In this document: positions 43,740-53,633 of the stretch, piece by piece
Position numbering within the stretch: position 1 is the stretch's first letter
How the letters are laid out: every line of letters starts with the position of its first letter
Source of the DNA: Candidatus Amesbacteria bacterium
GTDB lineage: Bacteria; Patescibacteriota; Microgenomatia; CAZETR01; Amesbacteraceae
Assembly: GCA_963736875.1 (NCBI GenBank)
Contig: CAVTQH010000004.1
Coordinates: 1,793-65,792, forward strand
Length of the DNA stretch: 64,000 nt
Reading direction: 5' to 3'
Translations under genes and position numbers: made by a program
The notes under the pieces: model-generated
Told to the model about the DNA's origin: nothing
The model's database searches: none
Seen by the model: the letters and a program-made list of their open reading frames with translations, nothing else

Positions 43740-44308
43740 ATACCCTGGTATTTCTGGTGTTCGATAATTCCGATTTTTGGCACGGGCCAGTAACGTATCC
43801 AGGCTTTTCCCACAATAGCTTTGAGAGACACCGGTCCCCACTCGCGCGAATCAGATGAAAATCCCCGGTTATCACCCATTACCATGTAATAGCCATCGGG
43901 GATGGCATAAGGTACACCATCTCTCAGAAACGCCTTTTCGGTGGTGACAAATTCCGTTGGAATATAAGACTCCTGAAGCATTTCCCCGTTAATATATATT
44001 TTTCCGTCTTTAACCATAATTGTTTCTCCCGGAAGACCGATGATTCTTTTAATAAAATCACTATCATAAGGAGGGGGAGCATGAAAAACCACCACATCAC
44101 CCCTGGAAGGTTGGCTTCTGCGGTAAGTGATTTTGTCGGTTAAAATAAATTCCTTATCGTGGAAATTCGGAAACATTGAACTGCCGTCTACTTTATGAGG
44201 TTGAAACAAAAACAGGTAGACCATCATAAAGATGGCAAAAGCCATTACGATCGGCTGGAGGGCATCAATAATGGCGGCTACCCCTTTTCGGTTCCTGAGT
44301 TTAAACAT
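43736..44308 (-). CDS. lepB: Signal peptidase I
   Basis: V.GSSMFP (Ser), FIKRIIGLPG (Lys), MGDNR..SSDSR; start at 44308 preferred because CATAAT lies 7 nt upstream. Confidence 0.92.
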   Translation of the reverse strand: MFKLRNRKGVAAIIDALQPIVMAFAIFMMVYLFLFQPHKVDGSSMFPNFHDKEFILTDKITYRRSQPSRGDVVVFHAPPPYDSDFIKRIIGLPGETIMVKDGKIYINGEMLQESYIPTEFVTTEKAFLRDGVPYAIPDGYYMVMGDNRGFSSDSREWGPVSLKAIVGKAWIRYWPVPKIGIIEHQKYQGI

Positions 44309-44354
44309 GAATAACATTATGCCTTCTATGCTAAAATTTGTCGAGGGAAAAATT

Positions 44355-44427
44355 GGACGATTGGCTCAGTCGGCAGAGCGCCGCTTTCACATAGCGGAGG
44401 TCGCAGGTTCGATTCCTGCATCGTCCA
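44355..44427 (+). tRNA. tRNA-Val(CAC)
   Basis: Cloverleaf: GGACGAT/ATCGTCC acceptor, CCGCT-TTCACAT-AGCGG anticodon arm, GCAGG-TTCGATT-CCTGC T arm. Confidence 0.95.
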
Positions 44428-44462
44428 CACGATTGGTATATTGCCTATACAAAGGCAAATAA

Positions 44463-44491
44463 TTGACTCTCAGAGAGAAACATCCTATAAT
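44463..44491 (+). promoter_or_regulatory. sigma70-type promoter
   Basis: TTGACT-N17-TATAAT, in-frame ATG 7 nt downstream at 44499. Confidence 0.7.
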
Positions 44492-44498
44492 ACCTGAT

Positions 44499-44717
44499 AT
44501 GGCTTGTGTTTTTTTAGAAGGAGAGAGTTGTAAGTTTGCTGAATTTGGAAAACAGGTGCGTTTGGCTTGGACTGCTAAGTTAATAGGAGATAGTCCTCTA
44601 ATTGAAGAATATGAACAACCAATTAAGGATAGATTATCGTTAGAATATTTGGAATTCTATGATCTTGTAATGTTAAGAGCAATGGTTGACAACCGAAACA
44701 CCTTCCCGAAGATGTGA
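44499..44717 (+). CDS. Small hypothetical protein (3' end may be frameshifted)
   Basis: ATG after a consensus promoter; Cys-containing sequence continues in other frames to about 44803. Confidence 0.5.
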   Translation: MACVFLEGESCKFAEFGKQVRLAWTAKLIGDSPLIEEYEQPIKDRLSLEYLEFYDLVMLRAMVDNRNTFPKM

Positions 44718-44854
44718 AAATGGAACATGCCAGGTATGACCAAAGTACTACCAGTCAAGCTGAATGCACAACATACATCAATGGTGATATTAAGCGTACC
44801 TAGCGTTTAATCCGCTTCCTAAAATATCTAAAAGTGGCATAATCCAATCCAGAA

Positions 44855-45593
44855 ATGTGTTCGAACTGGAACGCACTTCCCCCCACTTGAAAACTCTTTT
44901 TCTCATCTTCTTTTTCACTTTTATTTTACCCTTGTCATTTAATTTAACTCCTCGGATTACTCCCCCGGTTACTCCTTCTCCGTAACGCCGTTACCTGCAT
45001 TAATTTACATCACGGACGTACCTTTTATTTCCCAGGCTCCGTTTGGGGACTGGAAAGACCCCAGGCAGCAGGACGGATGTGAAGAAGCGGCATCAATGAT
45101 AGCGGTGTACTGGGCCAGGGGTGAATCACTAACCAAAACCCGGGCATTGGAGCAAATCATTTCCATTGCGGCTTATGAGACGGAAAAATACGGTCAATAT
45201 ACTGATACTTCCGCGGCAGACACTACAGCAAGGATTATTAAAGGTTACTTTAACTATCCCCACGCTCAATCGATAAACGTTTCATCTCTTGGTGATTTAA
45301 TAAATCCTTTAAGTCATAAGCAGTTGGTAATTGTTCCCACAAACGGGCGTATGCTCCGAAATCCCAACTATACCGCTCCGGGGCCTGAGCGTCATAATTT
45401 GGTAATCCGGGGTTACGACTCAACCACCAAAGAATTTATCACCAACGATCCGGGTACCAGAAAAGGGGAAAACTACCGCTATCCTGAAAAAATTTTATTT
45501 GATGCTATTCGTGACTACCCGACCGGTGATCACCTGCCAATTCTTATTGCTTCAAAATCCGCCATAATAATCTCTAAAATCCCCTACGAATAA
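44855..45593 (+). CDS. Peptidase C39-like exported protein (5' indels; start approximate)
   Basis: DVPFISQAPFGDW.DPRQQDGCEEAA (Cys), HNLVIRGYD (His), ITNDPG (Asp); upstream TM and Pro/Thr stretch. Confidence 0.75.
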
Positions 45594-45602
45594 TCTTCTC
45601 TT

Positions 45603-45989
45603 CTACAAACCTACCAAGCCATCTTCGTATTCATCTTCTTCAGTTTTACCCTCAAATGATTTTGCAGTTACTGGAACACCATCGGCTCTATAGTTGGTCG
45701 GGATATGAGTATGTATAGTGTGAACAACAAGGACTTCTTTTCCTTCTGAAGTATCAATAACTGGATATCCTCCCTTATTAATTCTGGGAGTAGACACTGT
45801 GTTTTCTGATGAATCCACACGAATCACACCAGCGGCAAATTTATCCTTCCAGCTGAAAACTTCTTCCCCGATCGCATAAGTTTTACCGGACCTCCCCCTA
45901 TGCGTTCTTGCACCCATTCTCCAAAGGCCACGAATAACCTGTGATATGCTTTCAGGGGTGGCTGTTAATATGTCTATTTCTCTTTTCAC
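45603..45989 (-). CDS. Hypothetical protein
   Basis: 128-aa ORF, GTG start preceded by AAAGGAGG. Confidence 0.6.
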   Translation of the reverse strand: MKREIDILTATPESISQVIRGLWRMGARTHRGRSGKTYAIGEEVFSWKDKFAAGVIRVDSSENTVSTPRINKGGYPVIDTSEGKEVLVVHTIHTHIPTNYRADGVPVTAKSFEGKTEEDEYEDGLVGL

Positions 45990-46090
45990 TGCCTCCTTTT
46001 AACACACGGCAAATTGAAAATCAACAGTTCTGCTGATCCTTATTGCCTCCAAATCCGTCATCCTGGTAGGAAATAATCCTTTACCTTAAG

Positions 46091-48793
46091 TTAAATATTG
46101 CTATCTAAATACTCCCATATATCCAGTTTAATCAGACGTAATTCCTCAATTATTTCCACGTTCGATATTTTTATTGACGAGTCAATAATTTTATCAATAT
46201 ATTTTATGACAGCCAAAGTATACACCTCCAATTTTTTCCCGGACTCTCTCTCCATTCTCCGTATCATCTTTTCCAATTGATCTAGAAAATTACCGAAAAT
46301 TAACTTGGTAGTCCATTTTTCAGCAGAATTCTGAACCTTTTGCCTTAATAGTTTCATTCGCAATAAAGCAGATTTAAGTGGATTGGCTCCTAAATTTTTT
46401 AAATTGAAGTCTGTGGCGAATACATACTCCCTCAATTGGCCTGAATCGGAAAAATTTCCCTGTGTAGTCTCCCAAGCCGAATCTTTCGGAGCCAATCTAC
46501 CAAAATACAGTGTATAAAGGCCGGCGCCTGAAGATAAAAGACTTACTTTATAATTCCCGTCGAATGGATCATTTATAATCAAAATTCCATCAGTAGGATT
46601 TAATATATTTCCATTCGGATCGGTAACGGAAAATGTGGCAGGTGAACCTAATGCCACTACCACAGCCCGGTTGAATTTTTTGGGATATACTATATGAGTA
46701 TCCCCTTCAATTCCCAATGCCTGTAACACTTTCAATTGACCCGCAACCTCTGTAACCAGCTGACCATGGTCAGCACCGTCAATTTCCCAGACGTTTTCAG
46801 ATGAGGAAATAAGAGCGCTCTCTAACAGAACCGTTCCGTCGCCATTAAGTGAAGTTTCCGACGACACCGGTTCACCGTCAACCCATTTACCCTGCAATTT
46901 ATCTTTTTCCGATGGTTGTTTAACTTTGATATATTTCAAAGTGTTCCAACCTTTACCCCCGATTGTTGTTAGCTTGGATAGTAATGGTGGCAGATATTGA
47001 TCCAAGGTCGGAAATAAATCGTTTTTCCACACGAGACTATCAACCGGTTTAATTACTCCCTTTAGGTCTTTAAGATAACCATAAATCGGTAGTAAGTTCT
47101 GCAACGATGGGATTGCTGCTTGAGCCGCAGCAACCTGATTTCCGAACTTAGGTGATCTGATCCTTAAATATAATTCACCCAGTACTCTTTGCCATGAAAT
47201 TAATTTAGTGAAATCCGCACCTTCCCAGGTAAGGTAAGCCATGGTGGCACCCGTATGGGGACTGCCCAATGTTATTACTTTACCGATTATGGGTAACATA
47301 TTATTCGATGCTGTCGCGCGGGCGATTAATCCTCCCATGCTGTGACCTACCAGATCAACCGTGGTTCCTTGAGGTTTGTTTGAAAGTACATTAGAAAAAA
47401 TATAAGCCGACAGACTGGCAGCATTTTCCACTACGTTCTTTCTCCAATCATAACAATACAGAAATAAGTTCTTATCTCTTTCATAACCAGAATTAACAAG
47501 TGACATTAGCAACCCATCATATACGTCCACAAAATGCGGAATAGACCACTGATTATTAGTGACTATTCCTTCATGCAGTATCACATCCTTATTCCAGCAA
47601 GCAAACATACCCGGGATAAATACTACGGGATTTTTAATAATCGGGGTTGAAGTCGGAACAAGAGTTGGGAGTGGCGTTGGAGTAATATCAGGCTGACCGA
47701 TAATATCGCCTATTGTAGCCATCCAAACAGAATCAAAATAAACAGATCCATCATGCCCACCGGTAATGTAAACTTTATCATTTAAAGTAGCAACTCCAGC
47801 GCAACAGGTGGTTCTCGGTAGGGGTGAATCGCTAAGTTTCCAAGTATCCAAAATTCCGCCTGGTAATATTTTGGCATAGTAAACGGTATCATAAGTTTTT
47901 GAATCATGTAATTTAACACCCCTTCCCCCAGCCACAACCACGTAGTCGCCAACTTTGGTAACCATAGTGTGATATGCCGGATCGCCGACGGAATTACCGG
48001 TATTTACCCATCCGGTTAAACTACCATTTTGACCGTCTATCGCTGCTCTCCAAACCTCATTTGTTGGCTTATAACACGAAGTAGTAGGGTCGTCACATAC
48101 TTTCTTAATGCCCCCGATAAAATACATATAATTTCCAATATTTACAGTAGCATGACCAATAACACCCATTTCTTGGGGTATACTCCCTGCATAATTCCAA
48201 CTTCCAAATTCTCCATTTTCATTAACCTCTGTCATAAGAACAATATTTGAAATAATTGGTGTGTCATAATTTGATCCATTCCAATAACCTCCTCCCGAAT
48301 AATAAATCTTTGACCCAACGGAGATACTTGAACCATCTGATATAGGGGTGTTTAAATTTGGCATTTGTGTCCAATTTTGAACAAGGCCATTAGTAATTTG
48401 ACCACGATAAACGGTATTTGTCGAAATTGTTTGATAATTGGGATATTCACATCCTCCTAAAATATAAACATAATCATCTACTGCGGCAAAATTGTGCCAA
48501 AATAAACGTTTGGGTTGCGCAGTTGAAGAAGAATCCCAAGAACTTATTAAACCCCCCTGATCAATTACCCCTCTTAATACTTCATTGTTTACAATATTCG
48601 CACTTCCACCGAATGAAAATAGGTAATTGTTATAAATTCCAAGAGGATTGTTGTGTATTATATAAGGTACTGGAGTTAAATTTGTCCAAATAGAATCGTT
48701 TGCAGAAATAGTGTTCTTTTGTGGATACCCTATTAAAGTAATAAAACAAAGAATAAAGAAACATATGAAAATATATTTTTTTCTTACTCTCAC
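46091..48793 (-). CDS. Secreted Kelch beta-propeller plus alpha/beta-hydrolase (PGAP1/LCAT-like) fusion
   Basis: Signal peptide; Kelch repeats (YILGG, YFIGG, YITGG with spaced Trp); Pro/Thr linker; PVVFIPG, YDWR, VGHSMGG, GDGTV, HGQL. Confidence 0.8.
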   Translation of the reverse strand: MRVRKKYIFICFFILCFITLIGYPQKNTISANDSIWTNLTPVPYIIHNNPLGIYNNYLFSFGGSANIVNNEVLRGVIDQGGLISSWDSSSTAQPKRLFWHNFAAVDDYVYILGGCEYPNYQTISTNTVYRGQITNGLVQNWTQMPNLNTPISDGSSISVGSKIYYSGGGYWNGSNYDTPIISNIVLMTEVNENGEFGSWNYAGSIPQEMGVIGHATVNIGNYMYFIGGIKKVCDDPTTSCYKPTNEVWRAAIDGQNGSLTGWVNTGNSVGDPAYHTMVTKVGDYVVVAGGRGVKLHDSKTYDTVYYAKILPGGILDTWKLSDSPLPRTTCCAGVATLNDKVYITGGHDGSVYFDSVWMATIGDIIGQPDITPTPLPTLVPTSTPIIKNPVVFIPGMFACWNKDVILHEGIVTNNQWSIPHFVDVYDGLLMSLVNSGYERDKNLFLYCYDWRKNVVENAASLSAYIFSNVLSNKPQGTTVDLVGHSMGGLIARATASNNMLPIIGKVITLGSPHTGATMAYLTWEGADFTKLISWQRVLGELYLRIRSPKFGNQVAAAQAAIPSLQNLLPIYGYLKDLKGVIKPVDSLVWKNDLFPTLDQYLPPLLSKLTTIGGKGWNTLKYIKVKQPSEKDKLQGKWVDGEPVSSETSLNGDGTVLLESALISSSENVWEIDGADHGQLVTEVAGQLKVLQALGIEGDTHIVYPKKFNRAVVVALGSPATFSVTDPNGNILNPTDGILIINDPFDGNYKVSLLSSGAGLYTLYFGRLAPKDSAWETTQGNFSDSGQLREYVFATDFNLKNLGANPLKSALLRMKLLRQKVQNSAEKWTTKLIFGNFLDQLEKMIRRMERESGKKLEVYTLAVIKYIDKIIDSSIKISNVEIIEELRLIKLDIWEYLDSNI

Positions 48794-48829
48794 TGTTATA
48801 AACTTACAACATTATTACATAATATTTCA

Positions 48830-49642
48830 ATGATCAATATTTCAGTTGAAAAAGCCATAAATATTGAAAAAAAAAGGCATCGGCTAGCAGAAATTTCCGA
48901 TTATCCAAAGCTATTATTAACCTATAAAAGGAATATTCCTACAATTCCCAATCACAATACACCCAAATACTGGGACATAAGGAATTTTAAGACGGATACG
49001 TCTAAGGAGAATAATCCCATGGCTTGGGACAAAACGTCAATTCTTATTAAATGGATTAAATCAATAAAAAGTGCTAGGAATATATTAGATGTTGGATTTG
49101 GGCCAGGGGTAGTAGAAGACCGAATACTGAGTAAAGAAAATAATTATTCTTGGTATGGCATAGATATTTCCCAGGAATCAGTTGACTACGTTGCACATAA
49201 GTATCCAAAAGCTACATTTTTTAAACAAAGCATTTTTAAAATTAAATTTCCTGACAATACTTTTGATTTGGTTATCTCCTCCGAAATTCTTGAGCATATC
49301 AGTCCGGCTAAAATATTTTTAGCCCTTTCGGAAATAAATAGAGTATTAAAAAAACAAGGTCATATTTTGATATCTATACCTCTTAATGAAGGATTGGAAA
49401 AATATCTTTATAGAGGAGAAAATCCCATACAACATGTTAGAATCTATACCCCTAATATTATAAAGGCTGAATTAAAGATCGCGGGTTTTAAAATAATTAA
49501 ATGTAAATTGCTTTACGCTTTTAAAAATAATTATTTAGTAAAATCCTTGGTGAGTACACTATTTAATTTTAAAAAACCCAATAATTTAGTATTATGGGCT
49601 GAAAAGGTAACTAATATCAAAGACTCTCTTCTTAAAAAATGA
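48830..49642 (+). CDS. Class I SAM-dependent methyltransferase
   Basis: ILDVGFGPG, GIDIS, FPDNTFDLVISSEILEH. Confidence 0.88.
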   Translation: MINISVEKAINIEKKRHRLAEISDYPKLLLTYKRNIPTIPNHNTPKYWDIRNFKTDTSKENNPMAWDKTSILIKWIKSIKSARNILDVGFGPGVVEDRILSKENNYSWYGIDISQESVDYVAHKYPKATFFKQSIFKIKFPDNTFDLVISSEILEHISPAKIFLALSEINRVLKKQGHILISIPLNEGLEKYLYRGENPIQHVRIYTPNIIKAELKIAGFKIIKCKLLYAFKNNYLVKSLVSTLFNFKKPNNLVLWAEKVTNIKDSLLKK

Positions 49643-51471
49643 TTACTATTTGGGATAAATTATGGACTAAAGAAAATAAATCTGATGTTCATGGTAAACT
49701 GATCGAAATTATTAAGAAATATACTCCCGGTAAAAAGATTTTAGAGGTGGGATTTGGATCGGGGGGGGATTTACTGGAGTTGTCAAAATCAGGCTTCGAT
49801 TGCATAGGAATTGAATCTAGTAGGGTAGCCTACCAACGAGCAAGAAAAAATCTTCCCAGAAATATCACTATCATTTTTGGTGATGCTTTAAAAATGCCTT
49901 TTAAAGATGAAGAATTTGATGCCGTTTATCACCAGGGCGTGATGGAACATTTCAAAGATCCGAGAAAGTTTATTTCCCAGCAGTGGAGGGTTCTGAAAAA
50001 AGGCGGGGTTGTAATAATCGATGTTCCGCACAAATGGAATCTATACACTGTGTACAAAAATATCATCGGTATACTTGGGAACTGGTACGGAGGCTGGGAA
50101 AGAAGCTATTCCGAAACAGAACTTCAAAAACTCTTAAGCAGAAACAACTTTATACCAGTAAACATCTCTTATAGGGGAATTTGGCCTCACCGCTGGGGAA
50201 AATTCCTATATCCTGAAAAAATTGTTCAACGTAAATGGTTATTATCATATTTAAATATGCCTCCAATTATTTGGATTCGTGTAATTTTTAGATACTTATA
50301 TGAAAAGATCGGAATAATTAAAGCCCTGAGTAGCTACAATATTATTATCGTAGCAAAGAAAAAACCGACAAGGGTAGCTATTGACGCCAGATTTGCACAG
50401 GGGGAAGGCGGGGGGATATATAACTATTTAACACAATTAATAAAATATCTTTCGGAAAAAGGTTGTGAAGTAATCACCATCTCCGATAAACCTCTGGGTA
50501 ATAAATTTCCTAAAACCAGGAATATTGTTCTGAATAATTACTTTCACTGGTTATTTTGGGAACAGGTCCAGTTGCCGCTTACTCTGTATAAACTGAAACC
50601 TGATATTTATCTTGCAGCCGGGAATTGGGGAGTACCCATATTACACTTCTGCCGGACAATTTTGACAGTTCACGACGTTATCCCAAAAATATTTCAGGGA
50701 TATTTTGACGGTTCAACATATCCTATTTTATCCAAATTTCTATATCAGTTGAGAATGCAGGTCAACCTGATATTTTCGGATATTATTCTTTGTGACTCTA
50801 CAAGCACCGCCTCAAACATAAAGGATAATTTTTATGTAAAAAGCAGCAAATTAAATATAGTTCCATTAGCAATAGACCATGAGCTTCTAGGCAAGATTTC
50901 TCAAGATGATATAAACGGATTAAATATGTTAGGTATCAAAAAGCCCTACATTGTAAATCATGGTGGAATCGATAATCGGAAAAATAATGAAATGTTGATA
51001 AAGGCATTCGCACAGGCTGGCAAAAGTGACCCAAAAATAAGAAATACAATTATGGTAATTACCGGTAGAAATCCGGAAATTGAGAAAAAACTTATCAATC
51101 TAGCAGAAAATTTGGGGATAAAAGATCAGGTAAAACTAATTGGCTGGGTTAAACTAAAAGATTTGGCGATATTGGTAAGAAACGCTCAACTTGTAGCATA
51201 TCCGACTCTGGCAGAGGGATTTGGCATGCCGCTTTTGGAAGCCATGGTGGTAGGTGTACCAGTCGTGGCCAGTAACCTGCCGGTTCTGAAGGAGGTAGGT
51301 AAAGACGTTCCCATCTATATCAATCCCCTAGACGTTGAAAGTATCGCCAGGGGTTTAATAAGGGGTATCAGAGGAATTTCGAAAGAAAGATTAAACAAAG
51401 GAAAACTGCTGGCTAAACAGTATACTTGGGATAGGGTATTGGAAAAAACTTATAGCCTCTATGTTAAGTAA
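49639..51471 (+). CDS. Methyltransferase-GT4 glycosyltransferase fusion
   Basis: N-terminal ILEVGFGSG...QGVMEH...LKKGG; C-terminal VAIDAR...TVHD...RKN...EGFGMPLLEAM; one unbroken 610-aa frame. Confidence 0.85.
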   Translation: MITIWDKLWTKENKSDVHGKLIEIIKKYTPGKKILEVGFGSGGDLLELSKSGFDCIGIESSRVAYQRARKNLPRNITIIFGDALKMPFKDEEFDAVYHQGVMEHFKDPRKFISQQWRVLKKGGVVIIDVPHKWNLYTVYKNIIGILGNWYGGWERSYSETELQKLLSRNNFIPVNISYRGIWPHRWGKFLYPEKIVQRKWLLSYLNMPPIIWIRVIFRYLYEKIGIIKALSSYNIIIVAKKKPTRVAIDARFAQGEGGGIYNYLTQLIKYLSEKGCEVITISDKPLGNKFPKTRNIVLNNYFHWLFWEQVQLPLTLYKLKPDIYLAAGNWGVPILHFCRTILTVHDVIPKIFQGYFDGSTYPILSKFLYQLRMQVNLIFSDIILCDSTSTASNIKDNFYVKSSKLNIVPLAIDHELLGKISQDDINGLNMLGIKKPYIVNHGGIDNRKNNEMLIKAFAQAGKSDPKIRNTIMVITGRNPEIEKKLINLAENLGIKDQVKLIGWVKLKDLAILVRNAQLVAYPTLAEGFGMPLLEAMVVGVPVVASNLPVLKEVGKDVPIYINPLDVESIARGLIRGIRGISKERLNKGKLLAKQYTWDRVLEKTYSLYVK

Positions 51472-52411
51472 ACTCAAATTAACCAAAGCGGATATAATTA
51501 TCACGGTTTTTAATGAATCCGGGACAATCGGAAATCTGATTTCTGCATTAAAAAAACAGACTGTACAGCCGAAAGCTGTGATAATCGTTGATGGTGGATC
51601 CACGGACGGCACATACGCAAAATTAAAAGAGGAATCCAAAAAATGGTCGGTTCTTCAGGTTTACCAGATAGCAGGCAACCGTTCCGTGGGAAGAAATTAT
51701 GCAATTTCTCACGGCCGGTCACCGATTATCGTGATTACTGACGCCGGATGTATCCCCGAACCCAACTGGCTTGAAGAAATAGTCAAACCTTTTTCCGATC
51801 CCCAAACCCGGGTTGTCAGCGGGTTTTATAAAGGTATTCCGCAAAATATTTTTCAAAAATGCCTTATTCCTTATGTCCTGGTTATGCCTGATAAAGCCGG
51901 TAAAACAGAATTTTTTCCCTCTACCAGATCGATGGCGATCAGGCGGTCGGTATGGGATCAGTCAGGAGGATTTGATACCAAGTTAAACCACAATGAGGAT
52001 TACGCGTATGCCCACTGGCTGAAAAATATGGGGATTAAATTTATTTTTTCTCCGAAAGCCATCGTCGGCTGGATACCCCGGAAAAATCTGCATCAGACAG
52101 CCTGGATGTTTACCAGGTTTGCCATCGGGGATGTCCAATCAAAAATTATCAGGCCTAAAGTCAAATTGCTCTTTATCAGATACCTGATTTTTGTTTACTT
52201 TTTCATGCTATGTCTGCAGATTAAAATCTTATTCATTCCCCTGGGTATAATCTGCCTGATGTATTTAAGCTGGTCTATTGTTAAAAATTACCGGTATGTC
52301 CGCCACCCTATGGCATTTATTTGGCTGCCGGTTTTACAATTAACCGCTGATATTTCCGTTATATTCGGATCCATGGTCGGTTTTATGGCCAAAATCAATG
52401 GGTTATTTTAA
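51461..52411 (+). CDS. GT2 glycosyltransferase
   Basis: IITVFNE, IVDGGSTD, ITDAGC, NEDY; C-terminal TM segments. Confidence 0.88.
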   Translation: MLSKLKLTKADIIITVFNESGTIGNLISALKKQTVQPKAVIIVDGGSTDGTYAKLKEESKKWSVLQVYQIAGNRSVGRNYAISHGRSPIIVITDAGCIPEPNWLEEIVKPFSDPQTRVVSGFYKGIPQNIFQKCLIPYVLVMPDKAGKTEFFPSTRSMAIRRSVWDQSGGFDTKLNHNEDYAYAHWLKNMGIKFIFSPKAIVGWIPRKNLHQTAWMFTRFAIGDVQSKIIRPKVKLLFIRYLIFVYFFMLCLQIKILFIPLGIICLMYLSWSIVKNYRYVRHPMAFIWLPVLQLTADISVIFGSMVGFMAKINGLF

Positions 52412-53633
52412 AACAACTATCTCTAATGTTTCCTGGTCGGCGGGGCAGCGGTGGTCAATCCGCGGACTGACATTTATCCGGATTGCCATCCTGGCCAGAT
52501 TGCTTTTACCTTCTCAATTCGGTTTGGTAAGTATTGCCACTTTGGTTTTGGGATTTTTGGAAATCTTTACCGAGACATGGATAAATGTATTCCTGATACA
52601 GGAAAAAGACGACATCGCGCCCTTTTTAAACACTGCCTGGATTATTTCAATTATCCGGGGAAGCCTTATCGGATTGATAATCATTTTGTTTTCCCCCCTG
52701 ATTTCCGCTTTTTTTCATTCCCCCGCTTCATTACCGATTATTATGACCATAGCTTTGGTACCGGTAATCCGGGGTTTTATTAATCCATCTGTTGTAAATT
52801 TACAGAAAAATTTACTTTTTAAAAAGGAGTTTGCATATAAATTATTTCTGTTCTTTATCGATGCTTTTTCCACCGTCATCCTGGCTATTTTAACTCGTCA
52901 CCCTATCAGTCTGGTTTTGGGTATGTTAATCAGTGCCGTATTTGAAGTGTTTATATCATTTATCTACTTCAGACCGCTGCCGAAATTGTTATGGGAACGG
53001 ATCAAGGCAATTCAAATCCTTCAGCGTAGTAAATGGATTACCATGGCGGGAATTTTTGATTATCTTTATCGATTCGGAGACAATTTGGCAGTGGGACGGA
53101 TGCTGGGAACCTCGAGTTTGGGTCTTTACGATTATGCATATAAAATTTCCGGGACTCCGGTTTCGGAAATCAGCGACGTAGTAGCCCGGGTCTCATTCCC
53201 GGTCTTTGTCAAGATGAATCAGGATCCGGTTCGTTTAAAAAAAGCCTTTTTCAAGACCACTTTAACCGTCTGTTCCGTTTCTACACTGATTGGCTTGGGA
53301 CTTTTTGTTTTTGCCCGGCCGGTGGTGTTAATTGTTTTGGGTACGGAATGGGCTCCGGCCATTCCTGTATTGAGAGTTCTTTCCATATGCGGTGTAGCTA
53401 AATCAATTACCGGATCGGTCTATCCCTTACTGCTAGCTGCAAAAAGAAACGACTACATTACCTGGATCACCTTTGTTGGGGTAATGGGAATGGGGGTAAG
53501 TATCGTACCCCTGATTTCCTGGTTGGGAATTGTGGGTGCCGGAGTCGCAGCTATCATAGGTTCTTTTTCCTCCCTGCCTTTGTCCTTATATTATGTTAAT
53601 AAAATTTTTAAATCTAAACAGCAGCCGCAATAG
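52398..53633 (+). CDS. Wzx-type flippase (WzxC-like)
   Basis: ILARLL.PSQFGL, DNL.VGRMLG..SLGLYDYAY, VSFP; about 12 TM segments. Confidence 0.85.
   Translation: MGYFKTTISNVSWSAGQRWSIRGLTFIRIAILARLLLPSQFGLVSIATLVLGFLEIFTETWINVFLIQEKDDIAPFLNTAWIISIIRGSLIGLIIILFSPLISAFFHSPASLPIIMTIALVPVIRGFINPSVVNLQKNLLFKKEFAYKLFLFFIDAFSTVILAILTRHPISLVLGMLISAVFEVFISFIYFRPLPKLLWERIKAIQILQRSKWITMAGIFDYLYRFGDNLAVGRMLGTSSLGLYDYAYKISGTPVSEISDVVARVSFPVFVKMNQDPVRLKKAFFKTTLTVCSVSTLIGLGLFVFARPVVLIVLGTEWAPAIPVLRVLSICGVAKSITGSVYPLLLAAKRNDYITWITFVGVMGMGVSIVPLISWLGIVGAGVAAIIGSFSSLPLSLYYVNKIFKSKQQPQ

Noticed and set aside
44463-44498. TTG starts called at 44463 and 63036
   Set aside because: Both TTGs are the -35 hexamers of 17-bp-spaced promoters; downstream in-frame ATGs (44499, 63078) are the better starts.
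44428-51470. Integrative element at tRNA-Val
   Set aside because: Composition is variable, but I found no integrase and no duplicated tRNA 3' end.
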